64,000 nt of DNA from Eledone cirrhosa (Eukaryota). Numbering within the stretch: the first letter of the stretch is position 1; every line of letters begins with the position of its first letter. The position numbers and the translations under genes are program-made. Below the pieces are notes generated by a model. It saw only the letters and a list, made by a program, of their open reading frames with translations. It did no database searches and had not been told where the DNA came from. Shown here piece after piece: positions 53,701 through 64,000 of this stretch. The DNA lies in the NCBI GenBank assembly GCA_964016885.1, contig OZ024740.1:267158001-267222000 (forward strand), read 5' to 3'.

Positions 53701-56062
53701 TACTCGAGAGAAGACTACGTTGGTATGGTCACGTGATGCGCATGAAAGACGACAGCTGTATAAAAAAAGTGCAGGGCGATAAAAATAGATGGTAGCCACG
53801 GAGTAGGCAGACCCAGAAAAACCTGGGACGACTTGATAAATTCCGACCTCACACACTTACACCTCTCCAAGACAATGTCACTGGACCGAGAGCTTTGGCG
53901 CTACACAGTTATACAGAAGACCCGCCTTGCCTAAGTACAAAGCGAAACCTACAGTCAGTAGGCACCTCTAACGAAATACACCCCGTCCCACTACCCCCAC
54001 CCCATCCACACCATCCTCTTAAATGTGAAATTATGTTGGTACCACAACATCCAGTCCGAAACAAATGAGGTCGTGTAGGTGTCACAACAAAAAAAAAACA
54101 CAGTCCATGCTGTAATGTAGCCCTGTAGGTAACACGGTAAAAACCTCCCAGGCCCACACTGTAAACATGGTTGGTGTTGGGAAGGGAATCCAGCCGTAGG
54201 AAACCTGCCAGACGTGTAGGTGTCACGACAAAAAAACACACAGTTCACGCTGTAATGTAGCCGTGTAGGTAGCACGGTAAAAACCTCCCAGTCCACACTG
54301 TAAATGTGGTTGGTGTTAGGAAGGGCATCCAGCCTTTGAAAACCCGCCAGACAGTCCTATACGAGCAGGACAACCAATCTTGCCTCAGGTGGGAAAACTC
54401 GCATCCAAACCCATGCAAGCGTGGAAGATGGACGTTGAATGATGATGATGATGAGGAGAAGTAGGCACTAAACTGGTTGCACACTTCATCAATCAAGCTA
54501 TATATGGTGGTGTATACCCAAAGACTGGTGCAGCAGTATTCTCATAAATTGCTACAAAGGTAAAGGGGATGATCTGGAGGGGAGCAATTATAGTGGCATA
54601 AAGCTGATGGATCAGCTTATGAAAGTGGCAGAGAGAATATTAGCACAACTGATTAGAGAAAGGGTCAAATTAGATGAGATGCAGTTTGGTTTTATGCCTC
54701 GGAAAAGTACAACAGATTCCCTCTTCTTAGTGAGGCAAGTACAAGAGAGGTTCTTAGAGAAGAATAAGCCACTATACTTAGCTTTTGTTGAAGGCCTTTG
54801 ATAGGGTACCCTAGAAGGCCTTTGATAGGGTACCCCGATCTGTCATCTGGTGGTCCCTAAGGAAACTAGGTGTTGAGGAATGGCTTGTGAGGACAGTGCA
54901 AGCTTTGTACAGAGGTGTTGTCAGTAAATTGAGGGTAGGAATGGAGTTTTGTGAGGAATTCCAGATACAAGTAGGTGTACAAGTAGGGTTTGGTCCTCAG
55001 CCCGCTCTTGTTCATTATAGTCCTCCAAGCCATAACAGAGGAGTTTAATACTGGCTGTCCATGGGAACTTCTCTATGCTGACGATCTGGTTCTTATAGCA
55101 GAATCAGTAGAAGAGCGAGAGAATAATTCTGGCTATGGAAACAGCAGTTGGAAGCAAGAGGACTGAGAGTGAAAATAGCAAAGACAAAAGTGTTGATGAG
55201 TAGAAAAGAGGACAAAACTCTGATTCCGTCAGGGAAATGGCCATGTTCGATATGCAGAAAAGGAACTGGCATAAATTCTATAAAATGTACACAATGCAGA
55301 TCTTGGGTACACAAGAGATGTAGTGGGATAGCAGGCAAACTAACAGGTAGGGAGAAATACGTATGCAGTAGATGTACAGGGAAATTTGACAGTAGAAGTC
55401 GCATTGATAGACACATTTTTCAAATGCAAGTGAGTACTATAGAAGTGGTTGATAACTTCAGGAGATCAGATTAGCATGGGATCAGATTAGTATTCTGAGG
55501 CCATAGTATCAAGAATAAGGACGGGAGGGAGGAAGTTTAGGGAACTGCTTCCTCTGCTGATGAAGAAGGGTTGCTCCCTGCGTACGAAAGGCCGGTTATA
55601 TGATGCCTGTGTGAGGTGCGCGATGCTGCATGGTAGTGAGACATGGGCAGCAACTGCAGAGGATATGTGACGGCTGGAGAGAAATGAGGGAAGCATGCTC
55701 CGTTGGATGTGCAATATCAATGTGCATGAACGACCGAGCATGGTTGTGTTGAGAGAGAAACTGTGTCTGACAGGGATAAATTGTAGTGTGTGGGAGAGGA
55801 GACTGCGATGGTATGGACATGTGATGCGCATGGAGGATGACCGATAGGTGAAGAAGTGCCAAGAAATGCCAGTTGAAGGAAGACATAGTAGAGGAAGACA
55901 ACGAAAAAAATGGGCAGAGGTGGTGAGAGCAGACTTCAGATCGCTGAAGATGATGATGGAGATGACGAAGGACTGTGACAAGTGGAGAGATGCTCTGCTG
56001 AATAGAACCTGTCCCACCCTTGCAAGCAGGGAAAAGCGGATGTAAAATGATGATGATGATGA
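50722..56062 (+). mobile_element. RTE family 2 host copy (50722-50839 and 54454-56062) split by a nested insertion
   Basis: IEGPAIEIDE..GKAAGPSRIVAEMLKA resumes as GEVGTKLVA.. after 54454 and runs through RT, Cys/His finger and a (TGA)n tail. Confidence 0.85.
50840..54453 (+). mobile_element. Near-full-length RTE LINE (APE endonuclease + RT + PHD-like finger), about four frameshifts
   Basis: DVCCIQETRW, SAYAPQSG, GDLNGHVG, QVDYIL; AFVDLEKAFDRVP, GVHQGSILSPLLF, LLYADDL; CSVC..CPKC..HKRC..CGRC; 3'UTR subrepeats and (GAT)n tail; possible short TSD agga. Confidence 0.92.
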
Positions 56063-56089
56063 TATATATTATCTATAAATATATATATA

Positions 56090-57921
56090 TAGCTGTTCTG
56101 CTAGAGAATGGGTCATAGGTGGCTAATAGCAATACAATCACCAAATATGATGGCTAGTTGCGATATAAGCAGGCAACTGCCAGATGAATAAGCAACCCCA
56201 GCCCAACAGCGGTAAACTACTTGGGGAGATGGAGCAATGGGTGACACCTGTGGCTCCTAAGAAAACTCTCACAACCCTGTGATGTAGCTACGACGAGGCA
56301 AGTAAAGGCCGCCTCTAAATAAGCCTAGTCTTTGCAGGTTTGACAAAGTACCAGATTGGTGAGTGGCACGTATAAGACTACTGAAACTGAAACTGCACTA
56401 TGATGAGGAAAAAGAAGAAAAACCTTACTGCACCATCCTTCATGCAGGTAAACAAGGGATGCGTCTAGGCCTTACATAGAGGGACCTGTTTGAAAAATAT
56501 ATTGCAGTCTCCATTTCATGCTGCAAAACTGGCAGTGGCCTGCAACCTATCCTGGGAGGCGGGGGATGGACACACAAAGGTTGCATATACCAAGACCCCA
56601 AAACGGGTCCAGAAGGGAGTTGGAACATGGAACATCACAACCCTTACAAGTAAGGAGCAGGAACTAGTGGAGAAGGCTAGATGCTACTGGCTAGATATTG
56701 TCGGGGTTTCCTCAACAAAGATATGTGGCTCTGATACTGTAGATTTGATGGAGGATGGAAACTCCATTATTCAGGTGAGGCACCAGAAATGACTGCACAG
56801 GTGGGAGTTGGGGTATTCATAAGTCCCCAGCTGTCAGAATGCGTTATGGATTGGATCCTTTTAGAAGGGAGGATTTGCATCTTGAAGCAGAGGCCGAATT
56901 GTCTCTGATCTCTTTGATTCTGTGCTGGATGTTTATGTTAAGAGAGGGGCTGAGCTGTCAACTGATCACCATCTAGTTATCTGCAACCTGAGACTTCCTA
57001 AAGTCAAAGAAGCCCACAAAACTGGCAGGTCCAGAGTGACCTACAGTATAAAGTGAGAAGTGTTAGTGGATAAAGAAATCAGGACCAGGTATGAAGATAC
57101 TATTGCATCCAAATTCAGAGAACTCTCTGGGCAAACTGAAGACATTGGGACAGAGTGGAAATTGTTCAGCATAGCAGTTTCTGCTTCAGCTGGTAAATGT
57201 TGCAGGCAAAAGAGGCTTGGTGTGGTGCTGAATGGCAAGGAGACTCCTTTGTTCAATCAAGAGGTAAAAAATGCCATCTGAGCAATGAAGGAGGCTTACA
57301 AAGCTTGGCTTGGAAATAAGTCCTCCTCCTTGCATTTGTAGTACAAGCAAGCACGAAAAACCAGACCAGAAAAAATAAAAGCATCCAACATTAAGACATG
57401 GGAGGACTTTTGGGTTAAGCTGGAATCTAACTTCAGATCAACTAATAAAGTGTTCTGGCAGATCATGCACCAACTTCATAATAAGAAGCCCTCCTCTACA
57501 CCTGCTATCAATTCTGGGGTTCTCCTCTCTTCAGAGAGGTGCATCCTCACAAGATAGAGAGAATACTTTGCTGATCTCCTAAACCTGATCACAACAGCAT
57601 CTTCGGATGTACACGATGTGCATCTGGGTGTGGTGGTTAATCTCTCAGAGGCTGAGGTTACAAGAGCAATTAAAGAGCTCAAATGTAGCAAAGCCGCTGG
57701 AGAAGATGGAATCTGGCCTGAGATGTTAAAAGCCTTAGATAGAGAAGGGGTAGTCCCCGAGCAAGATGGTTGGATAACATCCATAAGCTTGGCTGGTCAT
57801 GGTTGGGGATCCAGCCTGATCAGTTGGAGACGGTTGCTTCTGACAGGACCCAGTGAAAGGAGTGTTTGAGAACTCTGTTCCCATGACCCTCTCAGGAATA
57901 ACTGGGTGAAGAAGAAAGAAG
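56090..57921 (+). mobile_element. RTE LINE family 1 with 5'UTR, endonuclease start, two large internal deletions and 3' tail
   Basis: VGTWNITTLTSKEQELVE, SKAAGEDGIWPEMLKAL joined directly to the 3' end, tail caggaataactgggtgaagaagaaag. Confidence 0.8.
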
Positions 57922-58065
57922 ATTTTTTTTTTTTCAGTGTCGTCTACCTTTGGTGGTAGGGTCCGTACCGTAGATAGAACTCAATGTAATCCGATGGAGA
58001 GCAATCCAATGAAATCCATAGAGAAAATCTGTGTTCCGCTGAGTTAATTCCTTAGATACAGAGTC

Positions 58066-58306
58066 AGATATTAAGTATTAAATTAACAATGAAAATAAAA
58101 ACAACTAAGTTAAGTTATCTGAAGAAGACGGCCTGATCGAACCTATTATATGAGGTCTGATAATATACAGCTATATAACTGCTATAGATCAGACAATATG
58201 TCAATATGATCGGCCCTCCGATACGATCGTAAAACAATGATATGAATAGGTAAAATAACTTGACTTTGTTGTTTTTATTTTCATTATTAATTTAATACTT
58301 AATATA
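58066..58306. repeat. Inverted-repeat element enclosing a hammerhead-like motif with a long stem II
   Basis: Arms 58068-58118 / 58255-58305; gttat CTGAAGA agacggcc..ggccctcc GATAC GATC GTA aaac (GAAAC mutated to GATAC). Confidence 0.6.
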
Positions 58307-59182
58307 TGTATATTTAAATTTCTTAGGGTGTTGGTTTTGAATGCCAATTAAACAAAATCTCTTAACATAAATTTTCAGAAGAATGTAAAAAAATATAGAA
58401 ATTCAAAGTAAAGAGAAACAGCAGGAAAGTCATTTAAATTTTCATATTTTTTTATTGTTTTTTTTTTGTCTTAAAGCACACACACACACACACACCTTGA
58501 ACATAGGAGGTTGGTATTGCTGTCATCATCTTTGGTTGGAGCATCAAACTGATGTTAAGTCACAAACTGAAATGCCACAAGTACTGAGCAAGAAGCCGGC
58601 AGTCCCTAACCCCTACTCCGTAGATGGCAGTGTTGTGGTCTCAGGAGGCACAGCAGATAAATATGTGGAGAAAAAAAAATATAAGAGAAAAAGAAAAGAA
58701 AAAACAACAGAATGTCCTTTGCAGCAACATCAGCAACAGCAGCAGATGGTAACATAAAATGTTGTCTGCAGCAAACAAAATAAGGTTGGTTGTTGTTTTG
58801 GTTAGTTGAGAGTTAAGACGGGGAATTTTTTTTGTTTTGTTTTGTTTTATTTTTCTGGTGGGGTGGGGTATTGTTGGATGGGAGGAAAACAGGGATGGAG
58901 GATGTTGAAGGACTGCATGAGTTTTTGCATTTTTTTTTTGTTTGTTGTTTTTTTTTGCTGGTAGAGAACTAAGAAGAGAAAGAGGAGGTGGTTGTGGTTC
59001 TTTGTTGTGTTGGTGATAGTGACAGGGTGGTTGTGGTGGTGGTATTATTCTAGTGATGTTAGAACGGCTTTGAAAAAAATGTTTGTTTCAAAATGTTGGG
59101 AAGAAGTGTGGAAATTTTTTGATTTTCTTTTAGTCAGGCAAAGTCATGGAAATGTGTCTTTGGTGTATTTGTGTGTGTGTAT

Positions 59183-59217
<35 letters not shown>

Positions 59218-60506
59218 TGTTTCTATATAAGCAGTTGTGTCTGTCATGGGTAGCAGGTGCTTAATCTATGATGATCAATATTGGTAACTGTTGCTGACAT
59301 CACCATCACCATCACCACCATCGCCACCACCATCATCAGAGGAAGGTCACAGATGTATGGGAGAAGAAAGGAGGCAACATCAGGAGAAAGATCAGATGTA
59401 TATATGAAAGAGAGGCAGCATCAGATTGAGAAAGAGAAAGAGAGAGAGAGGAAAAGTAGAGAGGAGAGAGAGAGAAGAAAGAAAGAGAGTAAAGAGAGTT
59501 TGCGAGGAATATTTGGAAAATAGCGAAAGTTTTATGGCAACGAGGATATGGGATGTAGAAATAATGTTTCACCAGCTTATGGCAATTACACAAAAAAAAA
59601 AAAAAAATTTTAAATTAATTTAAATTAATTAATTAATAAATGGCTGACAAAAACCCACAAAATATATGAAATGGTTTGCAATGTAATTTCTGCAATTCTA
59701 TTATTTGTGCGCCTTTGAAAAATTTCATTTTTCTTTACATTGTATATATATATTGTTTTCACATGCTTTCCCTTTTTTTTTTTATTTTATTTAAATTTTT
59801 TTAAAAACAGTACATGCTTCTTTTGTTTTTGTTTTTAATATTATTCTGTTAATGTTCTTCTTTCATCTTCTTTCCTTTATTTATTTCTTTGTTATCTGTT
59901 ATTATTATTGTTATTATAATCATTATTAATATTATCATCATTTTATATTTTTTGTTTATATATATATACATATATAAATATATATATTATATATATATAC
60001 ATCTATAATATATATACATATATTATATATGTATATATATACATATATATATATAATTATATATATATATACATATATAATATATATACATATATAATAT
60101 ATATACATATATAATATATATACATATATTATATGTGTATATATATAATATATATATAATATATAATGTATACTTATATAAATATATATATGTATATATA
60201 TATATATAATATATATATGTATATATAATATATATATATATAATATACATATATATAATATACACATATATATATAACATATATATATATATATAATATA
60301 CATATATATAATATATATATATAATGTTATGTATTTTTGTATAATATATAAATAATGGTATGTATTTATGTATAATATATATATATACATAATATATTAT
60401 ATATATGCGTTATATATATATGTTACATATATATATATTTATTATATGCATATATATATATATATATTATCCATATATATAATACGCTCACACACACACA
60501 TATATA

Positions 60507-60573
<67 letters not shown>

Positions 60574-61537
60574 GTGTGATTTTTTCTTTTTTTTTTCCAA
60601 ATATTTATTTTATTAAATTTATGCAACTCTGTTAGATTATCATCTGTGATTAGTAGAAGAGGGGTAGCAGGGTTAGCAGGGTGGAGGTGGATGGGGGGGG
60701 GTTGGGTGATGGGCGTCTTTTGGTGGTATTTAGTTTAATTAGAGATGTGACAGTTAACAGTTACATTACAAAAAATAACCTGATTGTTGATTTGTATTTT
60801 GGGTAGTAGGGGTGGTGAGTAGGTGATGATGGTAGTGGGAAAATGCTGGGGAGGGGGAGATAAAAGAAATAAAAAGATGGTTGGGTTGTGTGGGACTGAG
60901 TGTGACAAAGATTTCTGTCACACAGGCCTGAATACTGGGTTTAGGTTTAATTTAAAAAAAAAAATAATTGAAAAAAATTATTTATGTATTTAAAAAAAAA
61001 TCTTTATATGACTTGAGTTATATTTTTTAGAATGTGCTATCCTATCACTTGTATGATAGTGAGTGGGGGGGGGGGGGGGGGGAAGAGAGGATGAAAAAAG
61101 ATAAAGAGAGAGTGTAGGAGAGAAAGAGGAATGGCAAAAAGGATATTACACATTGAACTATAAATAAATTATTCACCCACACACAGTCACACAAAACAAC
61201 ACATACATACACATACACACACACTTGCTTATATACTGTTATACTGAGTACACGAGTTCAAATGTTTACAACTAGAGCCAGTGTATTGTGTCTCCAGGGC
61301 AAGGCACATAAATCTGCCTGCCTCAGTTTGCCTGACTGACAACATGTTCCATCACTACTACATGTTTGAATGATTAGCATTAAGCAGGGCATTGAATTCT
61401 AAAAAAATAATTACTCCGATGGATAAAAACAAAAACATAACAAAACAAAACAAATCATTCCTTCCATGCTAGCATGGATTTTAAACAGTAATAAGAAATA
61501 TATATATATATATATATATATATACAAACATATATAT

Positions 61538-61580
<43 letters not shown>

Positions 61581-61733
61581 AACATATATATATATATATA
61601 CAATCATATATATATTTATATATACAATCATATATATATATATACATATTTATATATACAGACATATATATGTATAACTATTTATATATATATATATATG
61701 TATGTGTGTGTGCGTGTGTGTGTGTATGTATGT

Positions 61734-61797
<64 letters not shown>

Positions 61798-61941
61798 CAT
61801 ATATATATACGCATACACACTCAAAAATACATAAGAAGTAAATGATATAATTACATTTTAACAATGGTACAAAGTAGGATATCTTTTTCAGGGTGGTAGA
61901 GTTGATTAATAGTTTATTACAATAAAAGAAGACTAGACTAG

Positions 61942-62074
61942 TTACCTATTTAATTGAGCTCCAAGTAGGGCAAAAGACAAGCTCATCCAGGAGGGATTTA
62001 AACTTATAAACACAGAAGTGCTGAAACTATATATGGTAGTGTCTTTAGTTCGGTATTGTTGTGTTTCTAGTGTG
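61942..62074 (-). CDS. Possible exon of an unidentified minus-strand gene, perhaps terminal with a hydrophobic C-terminus
   Basis: Acceptor-like ..tttaactttgggtgtgtgtgTAG; single open frame TLETQQYRTKDTTIYSFSTSVFISLNPSWMSLSFALLGAQLNR*; followed by about 3.5 kb of TE-free sequence and AATAAA at 58451-58456 (-). No homology recognised. Confidence 0.3.
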
Positions 62075-62332
62075 CTACACACACACCCAAAGTTAAATAT
62101 GTATGATGGAAATACTATGGAAGTATCCATTTAACTTTTTTCCCCCAAGTTTTGTTAACATAATGTTAACAAATAAACATACGAACATACAATACATATA
62201 TATATATATATACACATATACATACATATACATATATACATATACATACATATACACACATATACATACATATACACATACATATACACACACATATACA
62301 TACATATACACTATATATATATATATACAAAT

Positions 62333-62379
<47 letters not shown>

Positions 62380-62663
62380 CATATATACATATACATATAA
62401 ATATACATATATATATATATACATATACATATACATATATATATATACATATATACATATATATACATATACATATACATATACATATATATATACATAT
62501 GAATATATACATATACATATGAATATATACATATATATACATATATATATACATATACATATACATATATATACATATGAATATATTCATATGTATATGT
62601 ATATATACATATATACATATATATACATATACATATATACATATGAATATATACATATACATA

Positions 62664-62737
<74 letters not shown>

Positions 62738-63159
62738 TACATATATATACATACATGCACAGACAAATATACATTCAAATAAATTTAGGTAAAATGATTT
62801 TTGTAGGTAAAGTGACTTTCAAATGTCAGTAGGTTATGTATATTTTGTTTATTATCTGTTAAGATATAGATTATCACTAATATCTTAAGGTTGTTCTTTT
62901 AAAATACCTAATGCCAAATATTGTTTTTAAAAGAAACTATAGCTAGTATCTACAATACACACATACATACGTATGTGTACTCATTTAGTGTCTATTTTAT
63001 AGAAGTTTTAGCTAATATGAATGTACAGTACATACACAGACACACACATATACATAAATACATAATTGTTTCTACGTTAGGCACAAGGCCAGCAATTACC
63101 CAGTGCATTACTGGTACTTTATTTTATCGACCCCGTAAGGATGAAAGGAAAAGTTAACC

Positions 63160-63213
<54 letters not shown>

Positions 63214-63288
63214 TATAAATATATATATCTACGTAATTCATTTGTGATTTGAATTGAAGTTTATAGTAGAGGAACCACTATTATACTG

Positions 63289-63360
<72 letters not shown>

Positions 63361-63469
63361 GTATATGTACATATATATATATATTTTAATACATGGCAAA
63401 TTAGGCATACACTTTCATAAAATACATAAGTTTCATGATGTTCTTCTTTCAGTAAGCGAATTCCATTAT

Positions 63470-63512
63470 TGGACGTTTCAATCATCTAGACAAACCTCAT
63501 TCATCAGTTTTT
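63470..63512 (-). ncRNA. Minimal hammerhead core with weak stems
   Basis: Minus: CTGATGA atgaggtttgtctagatgatt GAAAC GTC; stem I does not pair well. Confidence 0.35.
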
Positions 63513-63569
63513 GAAAGTGTATTCATAATTATGAATTCATACTCAGGTAACTATATATATATATATGTA

Positions 63570-63606
<37 letters not shown>

Positions 63607-63696
63607 TTAGGTTAATAGGAGTTAGGTATTGTATACCCGTGTCCCATTAAGGTATTGGCAGCATAATAATTAGCTCTATGCTTTGGAGTAGAGCCG

Positions 63697-63999
63697 TATA
63701 TATGATAAAGAACACAAGAGCGTCTACAACATCAAAATATTTTTATTGGCTTACAATGTTTCTTCCTTACGTAACCGTAGGATTCGTCAGAGCTATAAAA
63801 GGGGTTTGATTGGTGTTATGGACTCTACCAACCAAATATTCAAGAACAGTTCTTGAATGTTTGGTTGGTAGAGTCCATAACACCAATCAAACCCCTTTTA
63901 TAGCTCTGACGAATCCTACGGTTACGTAAGGAAGAAACATTGTAAGCCAATAAAAATATTTTGATGTTGTAGACGCTCTTGTGTTCTTTATCATATATA
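63697..63999. repeat. 303-bp palindrome (151-bp arms, one mismatch) with a hammerhead in each arm
   Basis: Centre at 63848 (gaac a gttc); single T/G mismatch at 63837/63859. Confidence 0.92.
63896..63955 (+). ncRNA. Type I minimal hammerhead ribozyme (family C); mirror copy on minus at 63741-63800
   Basis: ttttat a gct CTGACGA a tcctacg gtta cgtaagga a GAAAC ATT GTA agc ca ataaaa; stem I with internal loop, GUA triplet. Confidence 0.75.
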
Positions 64000-64000
64000 T

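Noticed and set aside
58455-59623. Short ORFs with poly-Q, poly-H or E/R-rich stretches
   Set aside because: Low-complexity sequence without consistent splice sites or recognisable homology; more consistent with UTR or intergenic DNA

Overview
Eukaryotic, AT-rich and microsatellite-saturated DNA. The repeat content (tRNA-derived SINEs with Nin/Deu-like and CORE-like domains, RTE LINEs with (GAT)n tails) points by inference to a coleoid cephalopod, probably an octopod. One complete host gene is readable: ANAPC10 (APC10/DOC1) on the + strand, three coding exons at 34619-34733, 39841-40003 and 42708-42987, giving 185 aa. It ends in -FK rather than the canonical IR tail and has a short uORF overlapping its start codon. 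A possible terminal exon plus 3'UTR of a second, minus-strand gene lies at about 58.4-62.1 kb. The rest is mobile DNA: two RTE LINE families (one near-full-length copy nested in another), R4/Dong and CRE-type RLE retrotransposon fragments, a mariner relic, Helitron-derived pieces, and hAT, pogo, piggyBac and mariner MITEs. The most striking unannotated signal is a set of about ten minimal type-I hammerhead ribozyme motifs from several sequence families. Most lie in long fold-back palindromes beside (TA)n tracts, which is the architecture of Penelope-like pseudo-LTRs, yet no Penelope ORF is present. One such element is joined to telomere-like repeats. All calls were made by eye; no searches or folding programs were run.
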